Source: Bacteroidota bacterium
GTDB taxonomy: Bacteria > Bacteroidota > Bacteroidia > J057
Direction: 5' to 3'
DNA length: 64,000 bases
Assembly: GCA_020438265.1 (NCBI GenBank)
Contig: JAGQVA010000001.1
Location: 1,741 to 65,740, forward strand
Position numbers and translations under genes: made by a program. The notes beneath the pieces are model-generated. The model did no database searches. It was not told the DNA's origin and saw only the letters and a program-made list of their open reading frames with translations. Each line of letters begins with the position of its first letter. Within the stretch, counting starts at the first letter, position 1. Shown one piece after another: positions 19,355 to 30,023 of the stretch.

Positions 19355-22300
19355 ATGGAGGGCAAATTTACCCTGTTTCGTACCTTTTTTATTTTCCTTT
19401 TTGGTACCCTGACGACCCCATATCTGGTTTTCTCTCAGCAACCAGAACAGGATTGTATCAACGCGATACCGGTTTGTCAGAATATTTATAACCAGCCTAA
19501 CTCCTATTCCGGACAAGGTTTTATACCCAACGAAATTAATAGTTCCATCTCTTGTTTGGGAGCTGGTGAATTAAACAGTGTTTGGTATATTTTTACTGTT
19601 CAAACCCCCGGTAATGTTTGTTTCTCCATAACACCGAATGACCCTTTTGATGACTACGATTGGGCGGTTTACAATCTGACCAATAATTCGTGTTCGGATA
19701 TATTCAACATTCCATCCCTCGAAGTAAGTTGTAATTTTGCCCCAAATCTGGGCTGTGGAGGAGTTACCGGCCCGGATGGTAATACCAATCCAGCCTCCAA
19801 TCCATGCTCCGGACAAAATGAACCTTGTATTCCGGTTGCTGTGGGAGAAACGTATGTAGTGAATGTGAGTAATTTTTCTTCCTCTCAAGGTGGTTATACG
19901 TTGGACTTTTCACCTTCTACCGCTGTTATTTTTGATAATGTGCCTCCTGAAATAGATACAATTATTACCGATTGTAGTGGAAATATTACAGTCAGATTCT
20001 CCGAAAACGTGGTTTGTAGTTCTGTAGATCCAACGGACTTTACCATTACCGGTCCGGGTGGGCCTTATACCGTAGTTGCAGCCAATGGAGCTAATTGCGC
20101 GGGTGGTTCTTTTGAAATTGAATTTGATCTGATAACCAATATCCCGACTGTTGCGTCCGGAACGTATGCAATTTCACTGGTTGATACAGTACTGGATAAC
20201 TGTGGTAACGTTGGGTTGTACACAACTGAACCCTTCGATATTTTTCTTCCTGCTATCGTTGCTACTGCTTCCAGTGATTCGATTTGTAATGGAGATAATG
20301 TAACGCTCTCTACCCCGTCATTCCCTGGTTTTACCTACGCATGGAATGGCGGTGGCGGATTGGGGGCATCCGTTACGGTTTCTCCAACGGTGAGTACCTT
20401 GTATACCGTAACAGCAGTTGATCAGATGGGCTGTGTATTCTCCGGGGATGTGTTTGTGGAAGTGATTCCAGTACCTACGGCGACCTTTACAGCAGCTCCC
20501 AATGCTGTTTGTCCTGATGATCCGATTATTCTTACTTATACAGGAACTTCTATACCAGGAGCTGTTTATAACTGGAACTTTGCCGGAGCTACTGTTTTGG
20601 GAGGCAGTAATGCCGGGCCTTATCAGGTCGCCTGGCCCAATTCAGGAACCCAGACTCCTTCATTAATGGTGGATCAATATGGCTGTCAAAGCCCGACTTT
20701 TTCTACCAATGTTACTGTGTTTGAAATTCCTACTTCGGACTTTACCGCTACTGCGGAAGTATGTCTGGGTGAAGAAGCAACACTGACTTATACCGGATCT
20801 GCTTCCCCTGCTGCAACTTTTTCTCTGGAAACGGATGGAGGAACGATTGTCAGTGGCAGTGGAACTGGCCCTTATCAAATTGACTGGACCACTCATGGAA
20901 TTAAGAATGTTTGTTTGACAGTGATAGAGAATGGGTGTGTTTCTGAGACTACTTGTCGACTGGTTTCCGTACGTGTTCCTCCAGAAGTATCTATCATGCC
21001 AGTAGAAAATCAATGTTTGAGAGACAATGAATTCACCTTTAGATATGATGGTACATCACCAGTTATGAGCTACAGTTGGGATTTTGGCGAGCCTGGAGCT
21101 ACAAGTAACTTCCCCATTCCAAGATATACTTATCAAACTCACGGGCTTAAAATCATAACCCTTACAGTTACAGATGATCTGGGTTGTGAAGGATCTGCCA
21201 ATATTGCCCTGGAGGTGTATCCGGAGGTATTTGCTGATTTCTCTTTTGAGCCAGCCTGTATGGAATCCCCATTGCAAATTACCGATGCTTCAACATTTGA
21301 TCCTTCCAGTCCGATTGTCAGTTGGTTCTGGAATTTTAATAACTCTCTGAATTCGACAGATCCGAATCCGGTTACAGTATTTGACAAATTTGGTTTTCAG
21401 GCAGCAAAATTAGTCGTTACTTCTGAAGATGGATGTAAGGATAGCATTCAGAAAGATGTTACTGTTTATCCTTTGCCAGAGCCCAGTTTCACCTATTTGC
21501 CTACTTGCGCGATGGATGAAACGCCCTTTACTTCTACCAGTACCATCACCGATATTATAGCCAGTGATTTTATTGATAATTATATCTGGGATTTTGGAGA
21601 TGGAACGACCATAGACAATAATGCCGAGCCTACCCATGCGTTTAGTGATGGAGGCCTCAAAAATGTAACCCTCACCGCGATTTCGGATAAAGGCTGTGAA
21701 GCATCAATCACCAATGAAGTTGATATTTACCTGGTGCCGGAGCCTCCTGTAATCACAGAAGCGACCGTTTGTGTGGGTGAATCAGCGCGGCTCGAAGCTG
21801 CTACCTCATTTCCCGGACAGCGTGTCGAGTGGTTTGATTCGGATACTGCTACTGTTCCATTTTTCACTGGTTTATCTTATGATACGCCTCCTTTGCCTGG
21901 TTACTGGCTGACTTATTATGTAGAAGCTGTATCAGCCCGAAATTGTCGTAGTGGGAGAATTCCGATTCAGGCCCGTAATTTTAATAACTCCTGGGGTGCT
22001 TTTCATGCCAGTGAGACGGAGGTAGAATTACCTAACAGTACTGTTCTGTTTGATGTGGTAGGTGCCACCCGAATCGAAGCCTTCCTGTGGAATTTTGGTG
22101 ATGGTGCGATTTCAACCGAAAAAAATCCTGAGCATACATTCTTTGAGCCTGGACGATATGAAGTCACCGTTGACATGCTCAGTGCGAATGGTTGTGAGTT
22201 ACGCTACACTGAATATATATATGTAAAAGGTATCAGAGAAGTCCATGTTCCTTCTGCCTTTACCCCTAATGGAGATGGAATCAATGACTTCTACACGATT

Positions 22301-22510
22301 GGATATAACCTGGTATCTTCCCTTCAGTTCAGGATCTTTAATCGCTGGGGAGAGGAGGTATTCTCTTCCAATAATCCTGACTTTCAGTGGGACGGACGCC
22401 TTCCAGGCGGAAGGGCTGCCCCGGAAGGCGTTTATTCTTATGCCTTATCCGGAACATATCTTACTGGTGAACCTATCATGAAGGTGGGTACACTCACATT
22501 GATCCGATAA
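19355..22510 (+). CDS. PKD-repeat adhesin-like protein with T9SS type B (gliding motility-associated) C-terminal domain
   Basis: 1051 aa. Signal peptide and a Cys-rich head (CINAIPVC...DYDWAVYNL). Multiple WDFGDG/WNFGDG PKD-like repeats. C-terminus VPSAFTPNGDGINDFY...IFNRWGEEVF...WDGR...GVYSY. Confidence 0.85.
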   Translation: MEGKFTLFRTFFIFLFGTLTTPYLVFSQQPEQDCINAIPVCQNIYNQPNSYSGQGFIPNEINSSISCLGAGELNSVWYIFTVQTPGNVCFSITPNDPFDDYDWAVYNLTNNSCSDIFNIPSLEVSCNFAPNLGCGGVTGPDGNTNPASNPCSGQNEPCIPVAVGETYVVNVSNFSSSQGGYTLDFSPSTAVIFDNVPPEIDTIITDCSGNITVRFSENVVCSSVDPTDFTITGPGGPYTVVAANGANCAGGSFEIEFDLITNIPTVASGTYAISLVDTVLDNCGNVGLYTTEPFDIFLPAIVATASSDSICNGDNVTLSTPSFPGFTYAWNGGGGLGASVTVSPTVSTLYTVTAVDQMGCVFSGDVFVEVIPVPTATFTAAPNAVCPDDPIILTYTGTSIPGAVYNWNFAGATVLGGSNAGPYQVAWPNSGTQTPSLMVDQYGCQSPTFSTNVTVFEIPTSDFTATAEVCLGEEATLTYTGSASPAATFSLETDGGTIVSGSGTGPYQIDWTTHGIKNVCLTVIENGCVSETTCRLVSVRVPPEVSIMPVENQCLRDNEFTFRYDGTSPVMSYSWDFGEPGATSNFPIPRYTYQTHGLKIITLTVTDDLGCEGSANIALEVYPEVFADFSFEPACMESPLQITDASTFDPSSPIVSWFWNFNNSLNSTDPNPVTVFDKFGFQAAKLVVTSEDGCKDSIQKDVTVYPLPEPSFTYLPTCAMDETPFTSTSTITDIIASDFIDNYIWDFGDGTTIDNNAEPTHAFSDGGLKNVTLTAISDKGCEASITNEVDIYLVPEPPVITEATVCVGESARLEAATSFPGQRVEWFDSDTATVPFFTGLSYDTPPLPGYWLTYYVEAVSARNCRSGRIPIQARNFNNSWGAFHASETEVELPNSTVLFDVVGATRIEAFLWNFGDGAISTEKNPEHTFFEPGRYEVTVDMLSANGCELRYTEYIYVKGIREVHVPSAFTPNGDGINDFYTIGYNLVSSLQFRIFNRWGEEVFSSNNPDFQWDGRLPGGRAAPEGVYSYALSGTYLTGEPIMKVGTLTLIR

Positions 22511-22534
22511 TATCTATCTGATATGAAATAAAGA

Positions 22535-22582
22535 GGAGACGGAAACGAAGGGAAAGCCTGAATAGCCGTCTCCATTATTTTT
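22535..22582 (+). terminator. Possible terminator hairpin
   Basis: GGAGACGG ...23 nt... CCGTCTCC followed by ATTATTTTT. The loop is large, so this is weak. Confidence 0.3.
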
Positions 22583-22628
22583 CCCACTCAACAGTTCCCA
22601 TTTACGAAGCGTTCAAATTTTACAGATT

Positions 22629-25600
22629 ATGAGAAAAAAAACTCTACTTTTTTTGGTATTTGGGCTCCTGGGCCTCATGAGTCAAAAGGTTCATGCTCAG
22701 TTAATTGTTGCCGATACGCTGGCTAATGATACCTTGTTTAAAACGCTTTTTGGGCAAGGAGTTACGGTTTCAAACCTCACCTTTCAATTTTGTCAGCCGA
22801 GTCAGACAGGACAGTTTAACGGGGTAAATACCAACCTTGGCCTGGATTCGGGAGTGGTTGTTTCTACCGGAAATATTTTTACTGCTCCCGGGCCTAATGT
22901 TTCGGGTAATACAACGGCAGGATTTACTTCTGGTCCGGTCAATTATCCACCTTTAAGTAACATTGCAGGTTTTAATGTTTTTGATGCATGCGTCATAGAA
23001 TTTGACATTACCCCTCTCTGTGATACAATTGGAATTAGTTACGTTTTTGCTTCGGAAGAATATAATGAATTCGTTGCTTCCAATTTTAATGATGCTTTTG
23101 CATTCTTTATCTCAGGGCCAGGATTTGGACCTCCCCCCGGTCAAAATATTGCATTGATTCCCGGTACAACTACTCCTGTAACCATCAATAATGTAAATAA
23201 TGGAAATAGCCCAACCGGGTTTATTCCTGCAGGTCCCTGTACCAATTGTGCTTATTATCAGGATAATACCTTTGGGACGACTATTGAATTCGATGGATTT
23301 ACCGTTCCTATGGTTGCTTCAGCCCAGGTTACGCCCTGTATGACTTATCATATTACCCTGGCCATAGCTGACGTCTCTGACCCTTCGTATGATTCAGGAG
23401 TATTTTTTGAAATTGGAGGAATTGGCTGTGTTTCGCCTACCCTTCAGTTGAGTGCTGTGAATTCTACGGTTTTAGGATCCAATGTAGCTGTCGAAGGATG
23501 TGTCAACAACGGTCTGTTTACTTTTACTCTTCCTCAACCCCTTCCTGATACTACGGTTTTTTATTTTACCATTGGCGGAACAGCAACTCCAGGTGTAGAT
23601 TATCAGCCATTTCAGGATAGTATTGTTATGCCCGCAGGAGTTGTGAGTCTTACGCTTCCGGTTTATATTTATTCTGATAGCTTGCTGGAAGGTTCAGAGT
23701 ATATCGAAATTTACTATGTAGATTCAACCCTTTGTACCAATCAGATTTACCGTGATACGGCAGTTATGGAAATCTGGGATCGTCCACCCATTCCTCCTCT
23801 TGAGGATAAAGCCTTCTGCTCCGAGGAGGTGGTTTCGATAGGTTTTACGCCCCAGGCGAGCCAAACATATACCTGGCTAACGGCTTTCGGGCTGTCCAAT
23901 CCTGCAATTTCCAACCCGGATTTAAGCCTGACGAATAACTCGCCCGATTCTATGAATTTATTCTACTTCCTGGAAACAACTGCTTTTCAGGGATACTGTA
24001 TTGATCTGGATACAATGTTGGTTACGGTTTATCCTGGAAATTTTGCTGATTTTGTGATTGATACGGTCTGTGAAGGATATATGACCACCTTTACTCCTTC
24101 TACTGTTTTTGATAGTCTTGTGAATTTTGCCTGGGATTTTGGCGATAATAATGGAAGTACGTTTCCTGTTCCAACTCATACATATTCTACCCAGGGTACT
24201 TACTCTGTAGAATTAATTACGATCAATTCAAAAGGATGTAAAGATACCATTGTTCATACAGCATTAGTTGATTCATTGCCAAGTCTAAACTTTTCAGTAA
24301 ATCCCGTTTGCCAGAATTCTAATAGTATTTTTCTCAATGGGATCAAACCGGGCACAAGTTATCAATGGGCTTTTGGGGATGGAAATACGTCCACTTCTGC
24401 GAATCCCGTTCACCTCTATGATACTTTTGGGGTTTATACCGTGCAGCTAATCGGAATCACCGCTCAGGGTTGTGTAGACAGTATTTCAGGAAGTGCGGAG
24501 GTATACCAGAATCCGGTAGCAGCGTTTGATACGGAATTCGAGTGTTTTGGTGTGCCTCTCCAGTTTAATAACACTTCCCGAAACGGCAGTGGAATCAATC
24601 TTACCTATCAATGGAACTATGGGGATAATGGAACTTCTACCCAGATTTCACCCTCGCATTTGTATGGAAATTTTGGGGTTTATTCGGTTGCCCTGAGGGT
24701 AGATGATGAAAATGGCTGTACAGATACCCACTCAGAGCCAGTCAGGGTGTATGCTTTGCCGGAGGCTGATTTTAATGTGGAGGCTGTCTGCGCACTTGAT
24801 GAAGTCATTTTTAATGATCTTTCCACAATTGCTGATAATAGCAAGATTACAAAATACCTTTGGCGTTTTCACGACCAGCGGGTCTCTGGCATTAATCTCC
24901 CGAAAAAAACTTTTGAAGAGCCGGGGATTTATTCGGAGTTTTTGCGTGTAGAAACAGAGTTCGGTTGTGCGGATAGTATCACCAAAGATCTGACTATTTA
25001 TCCTTTGCCATTTACCTATTTTCAACGGAAACCGGTTTGTGTATTTGACAGTACTTTCTTTGAAAACCAAAGTTATGTGGTGGATTCTATTACCGGAGAT
25101 GTAATTGCCAGATGGATTTGGGAATTTGGAGATGGTTTTACCAATGAAACAGATCTTAACCCGGGTCATGCTTATCAGGAGCCTGGACTGTATTCGGTCA
25201 GGCTGACCAATTTTACAGATAAAGGCTGCGAATCTACCCGTCGTTTTGATCTCGACATTTACCCCCTGCCTGATCCTGCGTTGGTGGTGGAAGATACGAC
25301 TTGTTTTAGCGATCAGGCAACCCTGATAGCCCAGCCGGCAGCGGGTACCAAAAGAGTTGAATGGTTTTATGATCCGGGAGATGCAAAGCCCTTCCATACC
25401 GGAAGCAGTTATACCACCCCGCCTTTGCCTTATGATCATACCTATTATGTCAGAAGTATTTCCAGCCAAAATTGTATTGGTAATTTTGAGCCTGTCATAG
25501 CACATCTGTATCATGAAGGTTTTGGCCAGTTGGTACCCAGTCAGATGGTAGTTGAAATGCCAGATGCGACCGTAAATTTCCGTGTAGAAGGAACAATTCT

Positions 25601-26039
25601 GGCAGAAGCTTATCGGTGGAATTTTGGAGATGGAACTGTTTCCGATGAGGCCAATCCAATGCATTCTTACCAATACCCCGGAAAATATGAAGTGCTGGTG
25701 GATCTGGTTGACCAGTATGGTTGTGAATACCGGTTGAGTGAATTGGTGGAGGTAAAACAATTGATCACGGTATTTGTACCTTCAGCTTTTTCTCCCAATG
25801 GTGATGGATTTAATGATCGTCTGACTCTGGGGCATAACCTGATCAACGCCATTGATTTTCAGGTATTTAATCGTTGGGGACAACGTGTATTCTCATCAAA
25901 TTCCCTGGACCTGGAATGGGATGGCAGAGATGAGCAGAATGTACCCGTTCAGGAAGGGGTATATGTCTATCAGCTAAGAGGACAGGATTTCAGAGGCGAA
26001 CTGGTGATTGAATCGGGGACGATTACGGTGATCAGATAA
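22629..26039 (+). CDS. Choice-of-anchor-L-like head, PKD repeats, T9SS type B C-terminal domain protein
   Basis: 1136 aa. The head matches the choice-of-anchor L pattern (LFGQGVTVSNLTF...LGLDSGVVVSTG...SEEYNEFV...NDAFAFFISGPG). Repeated WxFGDG PKD units. C-terminus VPSAFSPNGDGFNDRL...VFNRWGQRVF...WDGR...GVYVYQL. Confidence 0.85.
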   Translation: MRKKTLLFLVFGLLGLMSQKVHAQLIVADTLANDTLFKTLFGQGVTVSNLTFQFCQPSQTGQFNGVNTNLGLDSGVVVSTGNIFTAPGPNVSGNTTAGFTSGPVNYPPLSNIAGFNVFDACVIEFDITPLCDTIGISYVFASEEYNEFVASNFNDAFAFFISGPGFGPPPGQNIALIPGTTTPVTINNVNNGNSPTGFIPAGPCTNCAYYQDNTFGTTIEFDGFTVPMVASAQVTPCMTYHITLAIADVSDPSYDSGVFFEIGGIGCVSPTLQLSAVNSTVLGSNVAVEGCVNNGLFTFTLPQPLPDTTVFYFTIGGTATPGVDYQPFQDSIVMPAGVVSLTLPVYIYSDSLLEGSEYIEIYYVDSTLCTNQIYRDTAVMEIWDRPPIPPLEDKAFCSEEVVSIGFTPQASQTYTWLTAFGLSNPAISNPDLSLTNNSPDSMNLFYFLETTAFQGYCIDLDTMLVTVYPGNFADFVIDTVCEGYMTTFTPSTVFDSLVNFAWDFGDNNGSTFPVPTHTYSTQGTYSVELITINSKGCKDTIVHTALVDSLPSLNFSVNPVCQNSNSIFLNGIKPGTSYQWAFGDGNTSTSANPVHLYDTFGVYTVQLIGITAQGCVDSISGSAEVYQNPVAAFDTEFECFGVPLQFNNTSRNGSGINLTYQWNYGDNGTSTQISPSHLYGNFGVYSVALRVDDENGCTDTHSEPVRVYALPEADFNVEAVCALDEVIFNDLSTIADNSKITKYLWRFHDQRVSGINLPKKTFEEPGIYSEFLRVETEFGCADSITKDLTIYPLPFTYFQRKPVCVFDSTFFENQSYVVDSITGDVIARWIWEFGDGFTNETDLNPGHAYQEPGLYSVRLTNFTDKGCESTRRFDLDIYPLPDPALVVEDTTCFSDQATLIAQPAAGTKRVEWFYDPGDAKPFHTGSSYTTPPLPYDHTYYVRSISSQNCIGNFEPVIAHLYHEGFGQLVPSQMVVEMPDATVNFRVEGTILAEAYRWNFGDGTVSDEANPMHSYQYPGKYEVLVDLVDQYGCEYRLSELVEVKQLITVFVPSAFSPNGDGFNDRLTLGHNLINAIDFQVFNRWGQRVFSSNSLDLEWDGRDEQNVPVQEGVYVYQLRGQDFRGELVIESGTITVIR

Positions 26040-26081
26040 TGAATATTGGGATAGATGTTTGGGTTGGTCAAACCCAAATAT

Positions 26082-27176
26082 CTATCCCAGTTTTTCTTTT
26101 ACTTCCTTCACGGCAGTCTCAGCATCCACATTACCGGGATCATTCTCCAGCGCCTGCTCATAATACTTCAGCGCCGTTTTAAAGTCATTAAAGTATTCAT
26201 ACAGCGATCCCAGCATAAAAGCTGCCTGAGGATGTCCGGGGTTCGTCTCAATGCATTTTTGAAAGTCGCTGAGGGCCTCATCGTGCCGATCGGCAAGGAA
26301 ATAACAATAACCCCGGTTGTACCAGGCCTGAGCAAAGTTATCATCGCGATTAATGGCAATGGTGTATTCCACTACCGCTTTATTAATCTGATCCTGAAAA
26401 GCATCTTGTTGAGAAGTCCCTGTCATCGTCAGAGCCCTTCTGAGGTAATAATTTCCTTTATGGAATCTGGCTAGGGGGTGGCTGGGCTGATAACTAATCA
26501 GTTTATCGATGTATTTCATCGCTTCTTTTTCGCTGTTGTATTGATTAAAATACAAATCGTGGAGCTGGATCAGTGCCTTATCGAACGTAGAATCGATTTC
26601 TAACGCCCGCTGATAGGCTGTGAGCGCCTTTGAATGCTTTCGGCGCCTTTCCTCAAGAAAACCCTGGGCAAACACGTATATGGGGTCCTGATCGTTGATC
26701 TCAGCTGCTTTCTGATACAGTTCCATTGCCTCCTCATCATTCCCCTGGAAAAAATAAATTTGTCCCAATTGGTAATAGGATTCAGGGCTTCTGGAACCCA
26801 GCCCTATGGCAGCTTCATATTCATCTTTCGCTTTTGCTGTATCGTTGATAGAAAAGGCAAAAAAACCACGCCAGTAGTGAAGTTCCGGGCTATTGCGAAA
26901 CAATTCAATGGCGTAATCAATATTTTGAATGGCTTTATTAATGCTATCCAGCTGATAATAAACCACTGCCCGATCTTTGAAAAGGGTATAATCATCCGGA
27001 CTTTCACCAATCTGTTTATTAAGGGAACGCAAATAGGTTTCCGGATCCTGGTCATTGGTTGGGAAAGAGACGGTTGATTCTTCTGTTTGCTGATTTTGCG
27101 TTTCATCGTCCTTACAGGCTGTGAAGACTACAAATAATGCTATAAAAAGGGGAAAATATATTTTGGACACAGACAT
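26082..27176 (-). CDS. TPR-repeat lipoprotein
   Basis: 364 aa. Lipoprotein signal (VVFTAC|KDD). Repeated A..Y..AL/A..Y.RG 34-aa TPR-like units. Confidence 0.75.
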   Translation of the reverse strand: MSVSKIYFPLFIALFVVFTACKDDETQNQQTEESTVSFPTNDQDPETYLRSLNKQIGESPDDYTLFKDRAVVYYQLDSINKAIQNIDYAIELFRNSPELHYWRGFFAFSINDTAKAKDEYEAAIGLGSRSPESYYQLGQIYFFQGNDEEAMELYQKAAEINDQDPIYVFAQGFLEERRRKHSKALTAYQRALEIDSTFDKALIQLHDLYFNQYNSEKEAMKYIDKLISYQPSHPLARFHKGNYYLRRALTMTGTSQQDAFQDQINKAVVEYTIAINRDDNFAQAWYNRGYCYFLADRHDEALSDFQKCIETNPGHPQAAFMLGSLYEYFNDFKTALKYYEQALENDPGNVDAETAVKEVKEKLG

Positions 27177-27231
27177 TTTTAATTCTGATTAACTTATTTG
27201 GTTCTTTGACAACTTTTTGAAGCTTATCATT

Positions 27232-27366
27232 TTTTGCCACATAGTCACATAGATATTTTTTAAAAAGAAGAAAGCATAGAAGAAATAGAAAGTCTTGAAT
27301 CCAGATTACCTATGATTTCTCTCTTTTCTATATGGAAGCTTTTATTCTCATGCTATTGTGGCTATG
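27232..27366. repeat. Long imperfect inverted repeat
   Basis: TTGCCACATAGTCACATAG ... CTATTGTGGCTATGTGGTAAAAA, with inner complementarity AGCATAGAAGAAATAGAAAG / CTCTTTTCTATATGGAAGCT. It lies 3' of tilS. Confidence 0.55.
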
Positions 27367-27460
27367 TGGTAAAAAATGAGAATACCACAACTTTCACATT
27401 TCTTGAATATAAAATTCATCGCAAGATAAGAAAGGCATATACTGAATACAAAGGACAAAT

Positions 27461-28813
27461 TTACGCCTCGATGACAATCTTTAGAACTGCTTTGGTTTGA
27501 GAGGATATCTTTACGGTATCAGAAACGCGAAACGGATACAAAGCAAAAATCTCACCTTTGGAAACAAAAACAATGGCTCTGTCTTTCTGAGCAGAATCAA
27601 ATTTCAGATCAATAAAAATATCACTGATCTTTTTTGTGCGTTTCATGCCCAGTGGAATCATTTTATCTCCCTGCTCCCAACGGCGGATTATTATGGGAAA
27701 GTGGATTTTTTCCAGGTCCAGCCAAAGCGTGTTCTTTTCCTTAAAATCGGGCTTTTCTTCTGTTAGAATAGAAAAAGAAACATTTTGATGACCTGTTTTG
27801 ATAGAATAATGATCCCGAAAAGATGGAATGGAAATAATTTCAGATTCTATTTCTTCAGTTTCCAGAATAAGCATATCTCTGCCTTTGCTGATTTTGCCGA
27901 TACTGGTATAACAAAACCTTCCCGATTCGGAATCGATTAATTTGATTGTTTCCCAAATGTCTTTCCCATGCAAGCCCCATCGTTCGAATGCCCAGATACA
28001 AAGAACCTGTAAAAAATTCTCTCCGAATTGTTTGATAAAAGGCTCGAAATAAAGGCGTTTTACAGTCGCTTTTTCTTCAAGATAATGATGAGCTTGCTGG
28101 TCCAGCACTTTTTGAATAAAGGAGAATTGTTGTTGATACCATTCATGCTTGCTAACCAGCTGCTGATCAATGGAAGGATTTATGGTTTTTAGCAAAGGAA
28201 TTACCTGGTTTCGGAATTGATTGCGAAGATAATCATTGGAATCATTTGAAATGTCATGAGAATAGGCAAGGCCGGCCTCAGCGAGACATTCGAGGATTTC
28301 TGCTTTGGAAACGGGTAATAATGGCCGCACAAATTTTTCTCTTTCGAGAGGAATAGACTGAATAATTGCGGGATGGTTTCCCTTGGTCAGGGACATAAGA
28401 ATAGATTCAGCCTGATCATCGCGATGATGAGCAGTAGCGCATTTGGTGTAACCATGTTTTTGCATAATTTCCCTGAAAAAATCATAGCGAAAATCCCGGT
28501 AAATAACCTGTCTGGATTGTGCATAAGAGGATTCCTCTTTTACCTTCTCCATTCTGCGATAATAAACCGGAACGTTCCAGGAATCTGCATATTCAATAAT
28601 CAGTTTTTCTTCATCATCTGAAGTTTTGCCCCTTAATTGGTAATTAATATGAACCAACCCAATCGTATACCCAAGAGTCTTTAACGCATAGGCAAGAAAA
28701 ACCGAATCTGGCCCTCCACTAATGGCTACCAGTAGCTTTTCATTTTCCCGAATCAGACCCTTTTCATGAATAAAAGTCCGAATATCTTGTAGGGTTTTCT
28801 TCAACTTGGTCAT
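27461..28813 (-). CDS. tilS: tRNA(Ile)-lysidine synthetase
   Basis: 450 aa. PP-loop LLVAISGGPDSVFLA, HINYQLRG, ATAHHRDDQAES. C-terminal TilS substrate-binding domain (IIIRRWEQGDKMIPLGM...KKISDIFID). Confidence 0.9.
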   Translation of the reverse strand: MTKLKKTLQDIRTFIHEKGLIRENEKLLVAISGGPDSVFLAYALKTLGYTIGLVHINYQLRGKTSDDEEKLIIEYADSWNVPVYYRRMEKVKEESSYAQSRQVIYRDFRYDFFREIMQKHGYTKCATAHHRDDQAESILMSLTKGNHPAIIQSIPLEREKFVRPLLPVSKAEILECLAEAGLAYSHDISNDSNDYLRNQFRNQVIPLLKTINPSIDQQLVSKHEWYQQQFSFIQKVLDQQAHHYLEEKATVKRLYFEPFIKQFGENFLQVLCIWAFERWGLHGKDIWETIKLIDSESGRFCYTSIGKISKGRDMLILETEEIESEIISIPSFRDHYSIKTGHQNVSFSILTEEKPDFKEKNTLWLDLEKIHFPIIIRRWEQGDKMIPLGMKRTKKISDIFIDLKFDSAQKDRAIVFVSKGEIFALYPFRVSDTVKISSQTKAVLKIVIEA

Positions 28814-29123
28814 ATAATCAAAAGTGAAATCGGGATTATGATGTGTGGTTAATTAACCGAAAATTACGATTTCTGAGCTAAAATGAGATAAAAACTTACG
28901 TAATCAATCAACATTTACCCCAAAATAATAACAGTTTATACCATTAAAATCCCTTTTGACAACAAAAATATGGCAATCTCGTCTAAAATAGGACCCTATT
29001 TTTTTCTTTTTGCGTAATAAACCTACATAGAGATAAATATTTTTTTTGTTTGGAACAGTAATTGTCTTTTAAGAGTATACGCTCACAAAATCCAGTTTTT
29101 TTTAATTATGTCTTAGTAATCAT

Positions 29124-29822
29124 ATGAAAGTTTTCCTTTTATCGCTAATAACCTTTACTCATTTCTTTTGCTTTAATTTCGTGTTAAACTTTGAGGCTTC
29201 TGCACAATTGTCCGGTAAATGGATCAATACCCAGAAAGGTTCAGCATTGTCGGAAATTACGATTATTGAAGAGAATGGGCAGGTTTTCGTTGATGCGAAA
29301 GGAAATTGCCAGGCTTGTAATTCAGGTAGGAAAATGGCAACACCTGCCTCCAGAGCTGCTCAATCTGGCAATCAGGGGGTATCTTCGACTTATCAAATAA
29401 ATGGCATTTCGGTTGATATTTCTGCTGTGCTTTCCGGGGACAATCTAACCGTGAGAATGCAACAAAAAAATCAGGTGAATGGTGAAATTCATTCAGAAAA
29501 TTATTTATACTCGTTTATTAGGCCAGATGGGAATGGTGCCAGGGTTTATTCCGGGTCTATTTCGGGAAGTGTTACAGGCCGGGCCAGAAGTACAGCCAGT
29601 ATCTTTCAGATTTCTCTGTATGGACCAGATAACGGAAATCGGTACGTAACAACTCACTTTTTTAGTCAGGATCGAAATTATAAATTTGAGAACCTTCCGG
29701 ATGGAACCTACTTTGTAGCTGTTGAGTCAAAAGGGAGTACTGCTATTATGGCTTATCCGGATTTCGCAAAAATCACCATTGAGAATGGGAAAGCAATTGT
29801 ACAGGATGTAGAGTTAAAATAG
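29124..29822 (+). CDS. Secreted hypothetical protein with carboxypeptidase-regulatory-like C-terminal beta-sandwich
   Basis: 232 aa. Signal peptide. C-terminal pattern GSISGSVTG...ISLYG...YKFENLPDGTYFVAV. Confidence 0.6.
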   Translation: MKVFLLSLITFTHFFCFNFVLNFEASAQLSGKWINTQKGSALSEITIIEENGQVFVDAKGNCQACNSGRKMATPASRAAQSGNQGVSSTYQINGISVDISAVLSGDNLTVRMQQKNQVNGEIHSENYLYSFIRPDGNGARVYSGSISGSVTGRARSTASIFQISLYGPDNGNRYVTTHFFSQDRNYKFENLPDGTYFVAVESKGSTAIMAYPDFAKITIENGKAIVQDVELK

Positions 29823-29844
29823 GCGAAAAAATATTTCATAGATG

Positions 29845-29876
29845 ATGGCGGGGCTATGCTCCGCCATTTTTGTTTT
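29845..29876 (+). terminator. Rho-independent terminator
   Basis: ATGGCGG ggctatgct CCGCCAT followed by TTTTGTTTTT, 23 nt after the stop. Confidence 0.65.
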
Positions 29877-30023
29877 TGCTCCTGGAGAAAAATTCACTTC
29901 CCGAAACCACAAACCCGGTTTTTCTTTCGTTAGAGGGAAAAGTAAAAAATAATGATTACAGACCGTAACTCTCGTTGGACTATTTTCCGGTATTCTTATA
30001 TATTTGTAGGCTATTTGCATCTG

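Noticed and set aside
24732-25760. 342-aa ORF on the minus strand, entirely inside the 1136-aa T9SS protein gene
   Set aside because: Its translation is low-complexity, rich in I/R/F/K, and has no recognisable motifs. The plus-strand frame carries clear PKD and type B sorting-domain motifs. It is a long antisense ORF arising by chance.
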